Origin: a virus
Lineage: Duplodnaviria; Caudoviricetes
Virus record (IMG/VR): IMGVR_UViG_3300017650_000161
Coordinates: 1 to 38,331 of that record
DNA: 38,331 nt
Reading direction: 5' to 3' (one strand)
The notes under the pieces were generated by a model, which was not told the DNA's origin, made no database searches, and worked only from the letters and a program-made list of their open reading frames with translations. Shown here piece by piece: positions 17,415 through 26,771 of this stretch (position 1 is its first letter; every line of letters starts with the position of its first letter). The position numbers and the translations under genes are program-made.

Positions 17415-17767
17415 GCTATCTGGGCATGAATGCGGCCACGGGGCTGCGTATCACGGGCCGCGAACACCTGGCGCAGTCCATCACGAAGATTCTGCAAACC
17501 CCTCTCGCCACCCGCGTGCGGCGTCGGACCTTCGGCGCGAAAACCGCCGACATGATCGACACGCCCGCCAATGGTGCGGCAATCCTGCAGCTCTATTCAG
17601 CCGCCGCCACGGCGCTGATGCTGTGGGAACCGCGCTTGCGCGTGCGCTCGATGTCGGTGGAGGTGGAAGCCGACCGGCCTGGGCGCATCGTGCTGAATAT
17701 CCACGGCGAAGCCGACACCGGCGACCGGATCGAAAACGTGTCCGTCGCCACCACTCTGAGCGCCTGA
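17411..17767 (+). CDS. W: Baseplate protein (P2 gpW/gp25-like)
   Basis: GMNAATG, HLAQSI..IL.TP and WEPRL. Confidence 0.9.
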   Translation: MSYLGMNAATGLRITGREHLAQSITKILQTPLATRVRRRTFGAKTADMIDTPANGAAILQLYSAAATALMLWEPRLRVRSMSVEVEADRPGRIVLNIHGEADTGDRIENVSVATTLSA

Positions 17768-17768
17768 T

Positions 17769-18686
17769 ATGGCAAGCCCGAACATCATCGACCTTTCCCA
17801 GCTCCCCGCGCCTGACGTGGTGGAAGCGCTCGACTACGAGCAACTCCTAGAGACCCGCAAGGCCCGTTACCTGGCACTCTTCGCGCAAGAGGACCGGGAC
17901 GCCATCGCCAAAGCGCTGACGCTGGAATCAGAGCCTCTGGTAGTCGTGTTGCAGGAGAATGCAGAACGCGAGGTGATCCTGCGCCAGCGCGTGAACGACG
18001 CCGCCCGCGCGGTGTTGCTTGCCTTCGCGCGCGGCAAAGACCTGGAGCACATCGCAGCCGAATACGGCGTATCCCGCCAGGTAATTCGGCCCGCAAATCC
18101 CGATGCAGTGCCGCCAGTGGATGCGGTATACGAAAGCGACGACGAGCTTTGTGAACGCGCGCAGATGGCCTGGGAAGGTCTGTCCACTGCAGGCCCGCGC
18201 GATGGCTATGTTTTCCACGCCCTCAGCGCTGACGGCCAAGTTGCTGACGCCACCGCCAGCAGCCCCGTGCCATGCGATGTTGTGGTGTGCGTACTGGCGC
18301 GCGACAGCGACGGTACGGCGGCGCCCGAGCTGCTGGCCAAGGTGCGCACCCAGCTGAACGACGAAGACATCCGCCCCATGGGCGACCGCGTGACTGTGCA
18401 GTCATCGCAGATCGTGCCGTACAGCGTGCGCGCGGTGCTCCACATGAAAGGCGAGGGTCCGGGCCGCACGGTCGCATTGGACGCGGCGCGCAGCGCCTGC
18501 GCGGCCTATGTCAACCGTCCGAGACGGGCTGGCGTTTCAGTGTGGCGCTCCGCGCTTACCGCATCCCTGCATGTCGAAGGCGTCGACCATTTGGAACTAC
18601 AGGAACCTGCGGAGGATTTGGTATTGACGGCCGCACAGGCGGCCACATGCTCGGATATCGAGCTATCCATTGCGGCCGAGGGCTGA
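17769..18686 (+). CDS. J: Baseplate assembly protein (P2 gpJ)
   Basis: IDLSQLPAPDVVE, LRQRVNDAARA, STAGP and RPMGDRVTV. Confidence 0.93.
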   Translation: MASPNIIDLSQLPAPDVVEALDYEQLLETRKARYLALFAQEDRDAIAKALTLESEPLVVVLQENAEREVILRQRVNDAARAVLLAFARGKDLEHIAAEYGVSRQVIRPANPDAVPPVDAVYESDDELCERAQMAWEGLSTAGPRDGYVFHALSADGQVADATASSPVPCDVVVCVLARDSDGTAAPELLAKVRTQLNDEDIRPMGDRVTVQSSQIVPYSVRAVLHMKGEGPGRTVALDAARSACAAYVNRPRRAGVSVWRSALTASLHVEGVDHLELQEPAEDLVLTAAQAATCSDIELSIAAEG

Positions 18687-18687
18687 C

Positions 18688-19308
18688 ATGGCCGAAAAGC
18701 CCACGCTACTGCCGCCCGCCTCAACACCTGTAGAGCGCAAGCTAGCCCAGGTCGGCGCCGATATCGAAAGCGTGCCTTTGCCAATCCGCGCCCTGCGCCG
18801 CGCGGCCACCGCCCCGGCGCCGCTTCTGCCCTGGCTTGCGTGGGAACGTTCGGTGGACCGTTGGGACGACGCCTGGTCCGTCGCGGCCAAACGCAAGGCG
18901 CTGGCGAACTCGTTCCGCATCCACCAGATCAAGGGGACTATCGGCGCCCTGCGGCGCGTGGTGGAGCCGCTGGGATATCTGCTTGAGGTGACGGAGTGGC
19001 ACCAGATGGCGCCCGAAGGAACGCGCGGAACGTTCCGCCTCACCATCGGCGTGCTCGATGGCGGGATATCTGAGCAGATGTACTACGAGCTGGGCCGGCT
19101 CATCGACTGCACCAAGCGACTCAGCCAGCACATGGTCGGCCTGGCCATCGCGGTAGAAGTCCGAGCGCCCCTGAATTACGGCATCGCGTCTTATGACGGC
19201 GACGAGATGACCGTTTACCCCTATCAACCCCAACCCGTGGAAGTACAGGCGAGCGTATCCGCCGCCCTGGCCACGCACATCATCGACATTCTCACGGTGT
19301 ACCCATGA
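18688..19308 (+). CDS. I: Tail protein I (P2 gpI)
   Basis: LLPPAST, LLPWLAWERSVDRWD and KGTIGALRR. Confidence 0.93.
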   Translation: MAEKPTLLPPASTPVERKLAQVGADIESVPLPIRALRRAATAPAPLLPWLAWERSVDRWDDAWSVAAKRKALANSFRIHQIKGTIGALRRVVEPLGYLLEVTEWHQMAPEGTRGTFRLTIGVLDGGISEQMYYELGRLIDCTKRLSQHMVGLAIAVEVRAPLNYGIASYDGDEMTVYPYQPQPVEVQASVSAALATHIIDILTVYP

Positions 19309-20723
19309 CAACATTTTTCGGCATTCTGACCAAAGTGGGCGAGGCAAAAGAGGCCAACGCAAAGGCGCTGGGTGTTCCGGTCCTCATCACCGAAATGGAA
19401 GTAGGCGATGGCGGCGGTGCCTCACCTGTCCCGGACCGCGAGCAAACCGCGCTGATCGGATCGAAGCGCCGCGCCCAGATCAATCGTTGCTTCGTTGATC
19501 CGAACAACCCTGCTTGGCTGGTAGTCGAACAGGTCATTCCCGAGCAAGTGGGCGGCTGGTGGATTCGCGAACTGGGATTGCGTGACGCCGATGGCGACCT
19601 GATCGCAGTTGCTAACTGCCCGCCGACGTACAAGCCCCAGCTCGCCGAAGGATCGGCCCGCACGCAAGTTGTCCGCATGGTGCTGCAGGTTTCCAGCTCC
19701 AATGACTTCGCGCTGAAAGTTGATCCTGCTGTCGTTCTCGCCACGCGCGGCTATGTTGACGCTGGTTTGCTGCAGAAGCTCGACAAGGACGGAACCGCCG
19801 TAGCGGCCACCAAGCTGGCGACGGGGCGAAAAATATCCGTCAGCGGCGGCGCCACAGCTGCGGGCGTGACTTTCGACGGCACCGCAGACATTGAAATCAA
19901 GGTAACGGGCCTGGACGTGTCCAAGGCAACGGCCGGCATTCTCAGCGTTGCACGCGGCGGCACGGGGCTGCAGACCATTGCAGAAAAAGAAATTTTGGTT
20001 GGCAATGCAGCCGGTGGCTATGCCAGAAAGACCCCCGCAGAGGTGCGCGAGCTCATCGGCGCGCCCAAGGTTTGTTCGATTCTTGATCTTCCTGCGGAAG
20101 ACATCGGACCCGTGCTAGTGGCCGAGTGCGGCGAGGTGTGGATTTGGGTGGCCACGCCCTACTTCAGCGGCTACCGCTCGCCGCTGTGCGGTCGGCCAGT
20201 TGACGGCCATACGATCGTCCCCCTTGTCAGTGAAGTCGATGCCGTGGGGGGCTTGCTTAGCAAAGTTGCCTATGCCCGGCTTTGGGGCTATGCGCAGGAA
20301 AACGGCCTGGTCGTCACGGAGGCAACCTGGACCGCAAACGTCGGCGCGCACTACTTCGTGGACGTTGACGCAACCCAATTTCGCATACCCGATCTTCGCA
20401 ATATGTTCCGTCGATTTACCGGGACTGACGCTGACACTACAAATGCAAGGGCCATGGGTAGCCGGCAGATGGATGCGATCCAGAACGTAACGGGCACCCT
20501 GCAGGGCCGGCCTATTCCAACCGTCTTGGGTGCAATAACTGGGGCATCCGGCGCGTTTGCTTTGACATCTCGCGGTGGCTCCGCTGGAGCCTCCATGCTG
20601 GTCACCGAAGCGACCGGCTCGGCGAATTCGGACCTGGTCACATTTGACCTTTCCAGGGTTGCCCGCACGTCGGGCGAAACCCGGACTGCCAATACCGCTT
20701 ACCGCCCGAGGATTCACGCGTAG
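19305..20723 (+). CDS. H: Tail fibre protein (P2 gpH-like) with collar-like C-terminus
   Basis: ILTKVGEAK, VGDGGG, GGWWIRELGL, KVDPAVVLATR; C-terminal FRIPDLR and ETRTANTAY. Confidence 0.9.
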   Translation: MTTFFGILTKVGEAKEANAKALGVPVLITEMEVGDGGGASPVPDREQTALIGSKRRAQINRCFVDPNNPAWLVVEQVIPEQVGGWWIRELGLRDADGDLIAVANCPPTYKPQLAEGSARTQVVRMVLQVSSSNDFALKVDPAVVLATRGYVDAGLLQKLDKDGTAVAATKLATGRKISVSGGATAAGVTFDGTADIEIKVTGLDVSKATAGILSVARGGTGLQTIAEKEILVGNAAGGYARKTPAEVRELIGAPKVCSILDLPAEDIGPVLVAECGEVWIWVATPYFSGYRSPLCGRPVDGHTIVPLVSEVDAVGGLLSKVAYARLWGYAQENGLVVTEATWTANVGAHYFVDVDATQFRIPDLRNMFRRFTGTDADTTNARAMGSRQMDAIQNVTGTLQGRPIPTVLGAITGASGAFALTSRGGSAGASMLVTEATGSANSDLVTFDLSRVARTSGETRTANTAYRPRIHA

Positions 20724-20741
20724 TCCATAGGAAAAATCAGC

Positions 20742-21092
20742 ATGAAACGTGTATATCAAACCGACCAGAATGGCGTCTTTCTTTACGAATCGCACGCAAG
20801 CGAACTCCCGCTATCGCCGGGCAGCTTCAATATCCCCTTCGGGGCGGTGGAGGATGCGCCGCCCGCCGCGCCCGCTGGAATGGTCGCGCAGCAACAAGCC
20901 TCGGGCTGGTCGCTCGTAGAGGACCATCGCGCGGACGAACTATGGGCCGTCAGCACAGGCGCGCCGTACCACCTCGGCGATAAGGTGGGAGCGGATGGAC
21001 AGATGATGAGCTATTCGGGGCTTGGGCCTGTTCCGGATTGGCTCACCCAATCCGCTCCGATACAAGCGGTCGATGAAGTCTCGGACAACTAG
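20742..21092 (+). CDS. Tail fibre assembly/chaperone protein
   Basis: VYQTD..G.F, IPFGAV..APP and W.LVEDHR motifs; follows the fibre gene. Confidence 0.75.
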   Translation: MKRVYQTDQNGVFLYESHASELPLSPGSFNIPFGAVEDAPPAAPAGMVAQQQASGWSLVEDHRADELWAVSTGAPYHLGDKVGADGQMMSYSGLGPVPDWLTQSAPIQAVDEVSDN

Positions 21093-21182
21093 CGTTCAAG
21101 CTCTTGCGCGAGCGCGGGGATGGATTTGCTGATACCGCGCCGGCTATGGTGCATGGCGAAAAAGCCCTAAGTGTCCCATGTG

Positions 21183-21224
21183 CTGTACATCCGCCGTACA
21201 CAAGGCAATTCCCGTGCGCGCGCG
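21183..21224 (+). promoter_or_regulatory. Late promoter upstream of FI (Ogr-type site)
   Basis: CTGT-N13-ACAAGGC...CCCGTGCGCGCGCG, matching the V upstream motif. Confidence 0.7.
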
Positions 21225-21300
21225 TAGCCAAGCCCTCAGAATTTGAGCGATCCCCGCACGAAGCAGAGCGGGACTTGCTCAACCTTCTGAGGGCATTTTC

Positions 21301-22482
21301 ATGGCGCTTGACCAATACCATCACGGCGTGCGCGTTGTCGAAGTCGACGGCGGCACGCGTCCCATCCGCACTGTTTCCACCGCAATCGTGGGCCTCGTGG
21401 CCACGGCCGAGGACGCCGATGCTGCGGCCTTCCCCCTGAATACGCCTGTCCTGGCAACCAACATGAAGGCCGCCGCCGCCAAAGCTGGCACCAAGGGAAC
21501 CCTTGCGCGGTCGCTGGAAGCCATCGCTTCGCAGACCAACCCCGTGGCCGTGATCGTGCGCGTGGCGCAAGGCGAGACCGAGGCCGAAACCACGTCCAAT
21601 GTCATCGGCGGAGTGGATGCCTCGGGCCGGTACACCGGCATGAAAGCCTTGCTCGCTGCGCAGAACTCCGGCCCCAAGGTCAAGCCGCGCATCATCGGCA
21701 TTCCGGGCCTGGAGAACGCGGCCACCATTGCGGCGCTGGCCGAGACCGCGCAGAAGCTGCGCGGTTTCGGTTACGCCAGCATTACGGGCTGCAACACCAT
21801 CGAAGAGGCCGCAGCATTCCGCGAGGGCTTCGGACAGCGCGAGCTGATGCTGATCTGGCCAGATTTCCTGGGCTGGGACACGCGCACCAATGCCGAGGGC
21901 ATCATCACCGCATCCGCCGCCGCGCTGGGCCTGCGCGCGAAGCTGGATAAGGACATCGGGTGGCACAAGGTGCTTTCCAACGTCGCCGTGAACGGCGTCA
22001 CGGGTATCAGCAAGGACGTATTCTGGGACTTGCAGGACCCCGCGACCGATGCCGGGTATCTGAACGAGAAAGACATCACCACGCTGGTAAACCGCACGGG
22101 CTTTCGCTTCTGGGGTAGCCGCACGTGCGCCGGCCCGGAAAGCCTGTACCCCTTCGAGAACTACACCCGCACTGCGCAAATTCTGGCTGACACGATGGCC
22201 GAGGCGCACATGTGGGCCGTCGATGCCCCCATGCATCCGTCGTTGGTCAAGGACATCCTCGAAGGCATCAATGCCAAGTTCCGCCAGCTCAAGGCGCTAG
22301 GCTACATCATCGACGGTGAGGCCTGGTACGACGAAGAGCCGAACACCAAGGAATCGCTCAAGAGCGGAAAGCTGATCCTCGACTACGCCTACACGCCGGT
22401 TCCCCCCCTGGAAGACTTGGGATTCCGTCAGCGCATCACCGACAGCTATCTGCTGGACTTCGCCCAGCGCATCACCGCCTAA
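21301..22482 (+). CDS. FI: Tail sheath protein (P2 FI)
   Basis: YHHGVRVVE, FPLNTP, GWHKVLSNV, GFRFWGSRT and FENYTRTAQ. Confidence 0.96.
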   Translation: MALDQYHHGVRVVEVDGGTRPIRTVSTAIVGLVATAEDADAAAFPLNTPVLATNMKAAAAKAGTKGTLARSLEAIASQTNPVAVIVRVAQGETEAETTSNVIGGVDASGRYTGMKALLAAQNSGPKVKPRIIGIPGLENAATIAALAETAQKLRGFGYASITGCNTIEEAAAFREGFGQRELMLIWPDFLGWDTRTNAEGIITASAAALGLRAKLDKDIGWHKVLSNVAVNGVTGISKDVFWDLQDPATDAGYLNEKDITTLVNRTGFRFWGSRTCAGPESLYPFENYTRTAQILADTMAEAHMWAVDAPMHPSLVKDILEGINAKFRQLKALGYIIDGEAWYDEEPNTKESLKSGKLILDYAYTPVPPLEDLGFRQRITDSYLLDFAQRITA

Positions 22483-22537
22483 CCCCTCCGGGCCGGCGCC
22501 GCGTGCGCCGCCCTTTCTGAACCTTTGGAGCCAAAAA

Positions 22538-23053
22538 ATGGGAATGCCCAGCAAGCTCAAAAACATGAACGTCTTCAACGACGGCACCAGTTACGCCGGC
22601 GTCGCAACGTCCGTGACGCTGCCGAAGCTCACGCGCAAGATGGAGGCCTTTCGCGGCGGCGGCCTGGGCGGCGCCGTCAAGGCGGATTTCGGTCTGGACG
22701 ACGACGCCCTCAAAGTTGAATGGGCGTGCGGCGGATACCTCACGCAGGTTCTCAAGCAGTACGGCGCTGTGGATGTGGCAGGCGTTCAACTGCGCTTTGC
22801 GCAGGCCTACCAACGCGACGACACGCAGGAAGTACTCGCAGTGGAAATCATCGTCCGCGGGCGTCATTCCGAGATCGACCGAGGCGAGTCGAAGGTTGGC
22901 GATGACACCGAAATGAAGATGGTCACCGAGTGCGTCTACTACAAGGAGAGCGTGAACGGCGAAACCGTCTTTGAAATCGACGTACTGAACATGATCCACA
23001 TGGTCGGCAACGTGGACACCATGCAGGCCATCCGTACCGCCATCGGCCTCTAA
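22538..23053 (+). CDS. FII: Tail tube protein (P2 FII)
   Basis: MPSKLKNMN.F.DG, LPKLTRK and LRFAQAYQRDD. Confidence 0.95.
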   Translation: MGMPSKLKNMNVFNDGTSYAGVATSVTLPKLTRKMEAFRGGGLGGAVKADFGLDDDALKVEWACGGYLTQVLKQYGAVDVAGVQLRFAQAYQRDDTQEVLAVEIIVRGRHSEIDRGESKVGDDTEMKMVTECVYYKESVNGETVFEIDVLNMIHMVGNVDTMQAIRTAIGL

Positions 23054-23077
23054 ACCCTCTGCATCACTGGAACCATC

Positions 23078-23437
23078 ATGACCGAATCCACCACCGCCGC
23101 CACCGAACCGCAAGACCTCAACCAGCCCGCTGCCGCCATCGACACGGACAACCTGAAATCCGTGGACCTGGACGAGCCGATCAAGCGCAGCAGCGGCGAA
23201 ATTAAACGCCTCCTTATCCGCAAGCCCAACGCCGGCGCCCTGCGCGGCGTGACGCTCATGGCGCTCGTTCAGGTCGATGTTCAAGCCCTGCGCATTGTCC
23301 TGCCGCGCGTGTGCGATCCCATCCTGACGCCGGCCGAAATCAACGCCCTGGACCCGGCCGACCTGCTCAGTACGGGGGCTACGCTGGCCAGTTTTTTTAT
23401 GAGCAAGGCGGAGCGGCTGGCTATCCAAACGCCGTAG
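23078..23437 (+). CDS. E: Tail assembly chaperone (P2 gpE)
   Basis: LDEPIKR, RKPNAGALRG and LDPADL; slippery T7 run at 23392..23398. Confidence 0.9.
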   Translation: MTESTTAATEPQDLNQPAAAIDTDNLKSVDLDEPIKRSSGEIKRLLIRKPNAGALRGVTLMALVQVDVQALRIVLPRVCDPILTPAEINALDPADLLSTGATLASFFMSKAERLAIQTP

Positions 23438-23445
23438 AGGACGCC

Positions 23446-23562
23446 ATGGCGGATATCGCCATGGTCTTTCATTGGCCGCCGGCCGCGATGGACCCCATGG
23501 ACCTGGCCGAGCTGGCCGACTGGCGCGAGCGCGCGCGCGTACGCCACCAACCCGAGACGTAA
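23446..23562 (+). CDS. gpE' frameshift extension
   Basis: MADIAMVFHWPP...WRERA lies in the -1 frame relative to E. Confidence 0.85.
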   Translation: MADIAMVFHWPPAAMDPMDLAELADWRERARVRHQPET

Positions 23563-23565
23563 ACG

Positions 23566-26304
23566 ATGGACAAGGCGCTACAGCTTCGCGTCATCGCCGC
23601 CCTGCAGGACAAGCTCTCCGGGCCGCTGCAGAAAATCAGGACCACCGCCGGCACGTCCGCGCAGGGCGTTGCCAACCTGCGCGGCAAGCTCAAACAGCTC
23701 ACCGCCGCCCAGCGCGAGGTCGGCCAATTCCGCGAACTAACACGCGGCCTGCAGACCACTCGCACCGAGCTGGCCACCGCGCAACAGCGCGTTGCAACGC
23801 TCGCGCAGCAGATGCAGGGCGTAACCAATCCCACCCGCGCTATGACGCGCGAATTTAATCAAGCAGTGCGTTCCGCGCAGCAGCTCAAAGAGCGTCATGG
23901 GCAGCAATCCATCGAGCTGCAGCGGCTGCGTGACAACCTGGGCCGCGCAGGGATATCCAGCGCCAGCCTGGCGCGCGATGAACGCAACCTGCGCCAGCAG
24001 ATTGACCAGACCTCACAAGCCCTCACGCGACAGACGCAAAAGCTGCAGGCGGCGGCGGCCCATCATCAGAAGCTCACGGCAGCCAAGGAAAGGTATAGCG
24101 CGGGCAAGGCCACCGCCGGCGCGATGGCCGGCACGGGCGCGGGCGCGCTCGCCACGGGCGGCGCGGCGCTCTACGCTGAATCGCGCTTTATCAGGCCTGG
24201 TGTGGAGTTTGACGCCAAGATGAGCAAGGTTCAGGCGCTGTCACGCCAGGACAAGGCCAGCGCGGAAATGAAGGCGCTCCGGCAACAAGCCCGCGACCTG
24301 GGCGCGACAACGATGTTTTCGGCCACGCAGGCGGCCGATGCGCAAGGCTTTCTCGCCATGGCCGGCTTCAATGCCAAGGCCATCCTCGACGCGATGCCGG
24401 GCATGCTGTCGCTGGCCAAGGCGGGCGATACGGACCTGGCGCAGACCGCCGACATCGGGTCCAACATCCTGACCGGCTTCAAGCTTCCGGCCGAGCAGAT
24501 GAACCGCGTGGGCGATGTCCTAACGGCCGCCTTCACGCGTTCCAACACCAGCCTGTACATGCTGGGCGAAACCATGAAGTACGTGGCGCCCGTGGCGGCA
24601 GGTGTAGGCCAGGATATCGAGACCGTGGCAGCGATGGCCGGCAAGCTGGGCGACGCCGGTATTCAGGGCAGCATGGGCGGCACCGCGTTGCGGTCCATCC
24701 TGGGCCGTCTGGCCGCACCGCCCAAGGCTGCAGCCGATGCGCTCGACGGGCTGGGCGTCAGCACCAAGGACGCCGCCGGCAATCTGCGCGACGTTCCCGC
24801 CATCCTGGAAGAGCTGCACAAGAAGACCGCGAAGATGGGTAATGCCGAGCGGTCCGGCATCTTCAAGGCCGTTGCAGGCGAGGAAGCATTCAGCGGGCTG
24901 CAGGTCCTTGTCGGCCAGGCCGGCACAGGCGAGCTGCAGAAGTTCGTCGCCACGCTCAAACAATCGGCCGGCGAAGCGGACAAGACCGCCGGCACGATGG
25001 CCGATAACTTGGTGGGCGACCTGGACGAGCTTTCCAGCGCTTGGGAAGACGTGGGCATCCAGGTTGAAGAGCTGCACGATGGCGGGCTGCGTAAGCTGGT
25101 GCGCGGCTTGGCCAGCGTGGTGGGCAATGTGGGCGAGTGGATGAAGGCCAATCCCAAGCTCGCCAGAGCGCTCACGATGGGCGCGGCCGCCGTGGCGCTG
25201 CTGATCGCGGCCTTTGGCGCGCTCACCCTGGCGATGGCCGCCGTGCTGGGGCCGTTTGTCGTCGTGCGCTTTGGCTTGTCGATGCTGGGAATCCAGGGCG
25301 GCAGCTTGCTGGGAGTCTTGTTCAATCTGGCCAAGGGCGGATTCGGTCTGCTGGGCGGTGCCATCATGACGGTGGGCAGGCTGCTGATGGCCAATCCCAT
25401 CGCGCTGGCGGTCGTCGCCATCGCGGGTGCCGCGTACCTCGTCTATCAGTATTGGGGGCCGATCAGCGCTTTCTTCTCCAGCTTGTGGGCGCGGGTGACG
25501 GCGGCCTTTGGCGCGGCCATAGATTGGCTGCGCTCGTCGCTGGCCAGCCTTGATCCGCTGGCCATCCTGGCGACCGCCTGGGGCGGGGTTACGGCCTTCT
25601 TTGCTGGGGTATGGGAATCCGCAAAGGTGGCCGTTGACGCAGGCCTGGCCAACATCGGCGCGGCGCTTAGCGCCTGGTCTCCCCTTGCCCTGCTAAAGCA
25701 AGGCATCACAGGCGCCCTGGGCACGCTTGGCATCGAGCTGCCGGGCAGCTTCACGCAATTCGGCTCCATGCTGATTCAAGGCCTCATCAACGGCATCACG
25801 AGCATGGGCGGCGCGCTCAAGGAATCCATCTCCAACATCGGCAGCGGCATAGTCGGCTGGTTTAAGGAAAAGCTGGGCATCCGTTCGCCGAGCCGCGTTT
25901 TTGCGCAAATGGGCGGCTTCGTGTCCGAGGGGGCCGCTGTCGGGATTGAAGACCGCCAGCCGGCCGCCGTAAAGGCCGCCCAGGCGCTCGCAGCCTCGGT
26001 AGCCATAGGTGGGGCTATGTCGCCCGCTGCGGCCGCTCTGGCGCCTTCTGCTGCGCTGCTTTCACCTGCAGCGCTGGTGGCGGGCGATGGCGGCGCCCTG
26101 GCAAGGATCGACCGCCGGCCGGCAATGGCATCAGCGGCCGGCGGGGCGCGTTCGATAACCGTCCAGGGCGACACCATCACCATTCAAATCAACGGCGCCG
26201 GCGCAAGCGCGAACGACATCGCCCGCGCCGTGGACGATGCGCTGCGCCGCCGCGATAGCGACAAGGCCGCGCGCCTGCGTTCCGCCTACCACGACAACGA
26301 TTAG
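23566..26304 (+). CDS. T: Tail tape measure protein (P2 gpT)
   Basis: 912 aa, Ala-rich; FDAKMSKVQAL, GETMKYVAP, ANPI and LGIRSPSRVF. Confidence 0.95.
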   Translation: MDKALQLRVIAALQDKLSGPLQKIRTTAGTSAQGVANLRGKLKQLTAAQREVGQFRELTRGLQTTRTELATAQQRVATLAQQMQGVTNPTRAMTREFNQAVRSAQQLKERHGQQSIELQRLRDNLGRAGISSASLARDERNLRQQIDQTSQALTRQTQKLQAAAAHHQKLTAAKERYSAGKATAGAMAGTGAGALATGGAALYAESRFIRPGVEFDAKMSKVQALSRQDKASAEMKALRQQARDLGATTMFSATQAADAQGFLAMAGFNAKAILDAMPGMLSLAKAGDTDLAQTADIGSNILTGFKLPAEQMNRVGDVLTAAFTRSNTSLYMLGETMKYVAPVAAGVGQDIETVAAMAGKLGDAGIQGSMGGTALRSILGRLAAPPKAAADALDGLGVSTKDAAGNLRDVPAILEELHKKTAKMGNAERSGIFKAVAGEEAFSGLQVLVGQAGTGELQKFVATLKQSAGEADKTAGTMADNLVGDLDELSSAWEDVGIQVEELHDGGLRKLVRGLASVVGNVGEWMKANPKLARALTMGAAAVALLIAAFGALTLAMAAVLGPFVVVRFGLSMLGIQGGSLLGVLFNLAKGGFGLLGGAIMTVGRLLMANPIALAVVAIAGAAYLVYQYWGPISAFFSSLWARVTAAFGAAIDWLRSSLASLDPLAILATAWGGVTAFFAGVWESAKVAVDAGLANIGAALSAWSPLALLKQGITGALGTLGIELPGSFTQFGSMLIQGLINGITSMGGALKESISNIGSGIVGWFKEKLGIRSPSRVFAQMGGFVSEGAAVGIEDRQPAAVKAAQALAASVAIGGAMSPAAAALAPSAALLSPAALVAGDGGALARIDRRPAMASAAGGARSITVQGDTITIQINGAGASANDIARAVDDALRRRDSDKAARLRSAYHDND

Positions 26305-26315
26305 GAAACGCCACC

Positions 26316-26771
26316 ATGATGATGGCTCTTGGCATGTTCATTTTTGGCCTGCCCACGGCCGCCTACCAGACGCTCAAGCGGCAAACGGAATGGCGGCATC
26401 CCTCGAATTCACGCATGGGCGCCGGTCCTGCGTATCAATTCGTGGGCAAGGGCGAGGACACATTCACCCTCGGCGGAACGATCATCCCCCAGCTCTTTGG
26501 CACCACCAGCAGCCTGCGGCTGCTGCGCCGAATGGGCGACACGGGAAAGGCGTATGTCATGGTGGACGGCATAGGCACCGTACACGGCGCATTCATCATC
26601 ACTGGCCTGGACGATGAAGGGTCCATGTTCATGGTCAACGGGTTGCCGCAGAAGGTGGACTTCACCCTGACGCTGAAATGCGTGGACGACTCCCAGGCCC
26701 GCCCTCTGCTCGATGACCTGCAGATTCCCATCGACAAGATGGACGGGTCGATTCTTGGCTGGGGGCTTTGA
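26316..26771 (+). CDS. U: Tail protein (P2 gpU)
   Basis: MMALGMFIF, WRHPSNSR, QFVG.G and FTLTLK. Confidence 0.92.
   Translation: MMMALGMFIFGLPTAAYQTLKRQTEWRHPSNSRMGAGPAYQFVGKGEDTFTLGGTIIPQLFGTTSSLRLLRRMGDTGKAYVMVDGIGTVHGAFIITGLDDEGSMFMVNGLPQKVDFTLTLKCVDDSQARPLLDDLQIPIDKMDGSILGWGL

Noticed and set aside
21043-23428. 397-aa and 318-aa minus-strand ORFs
   Set aside because: Shadows of the sheath, tube and gpE genes.
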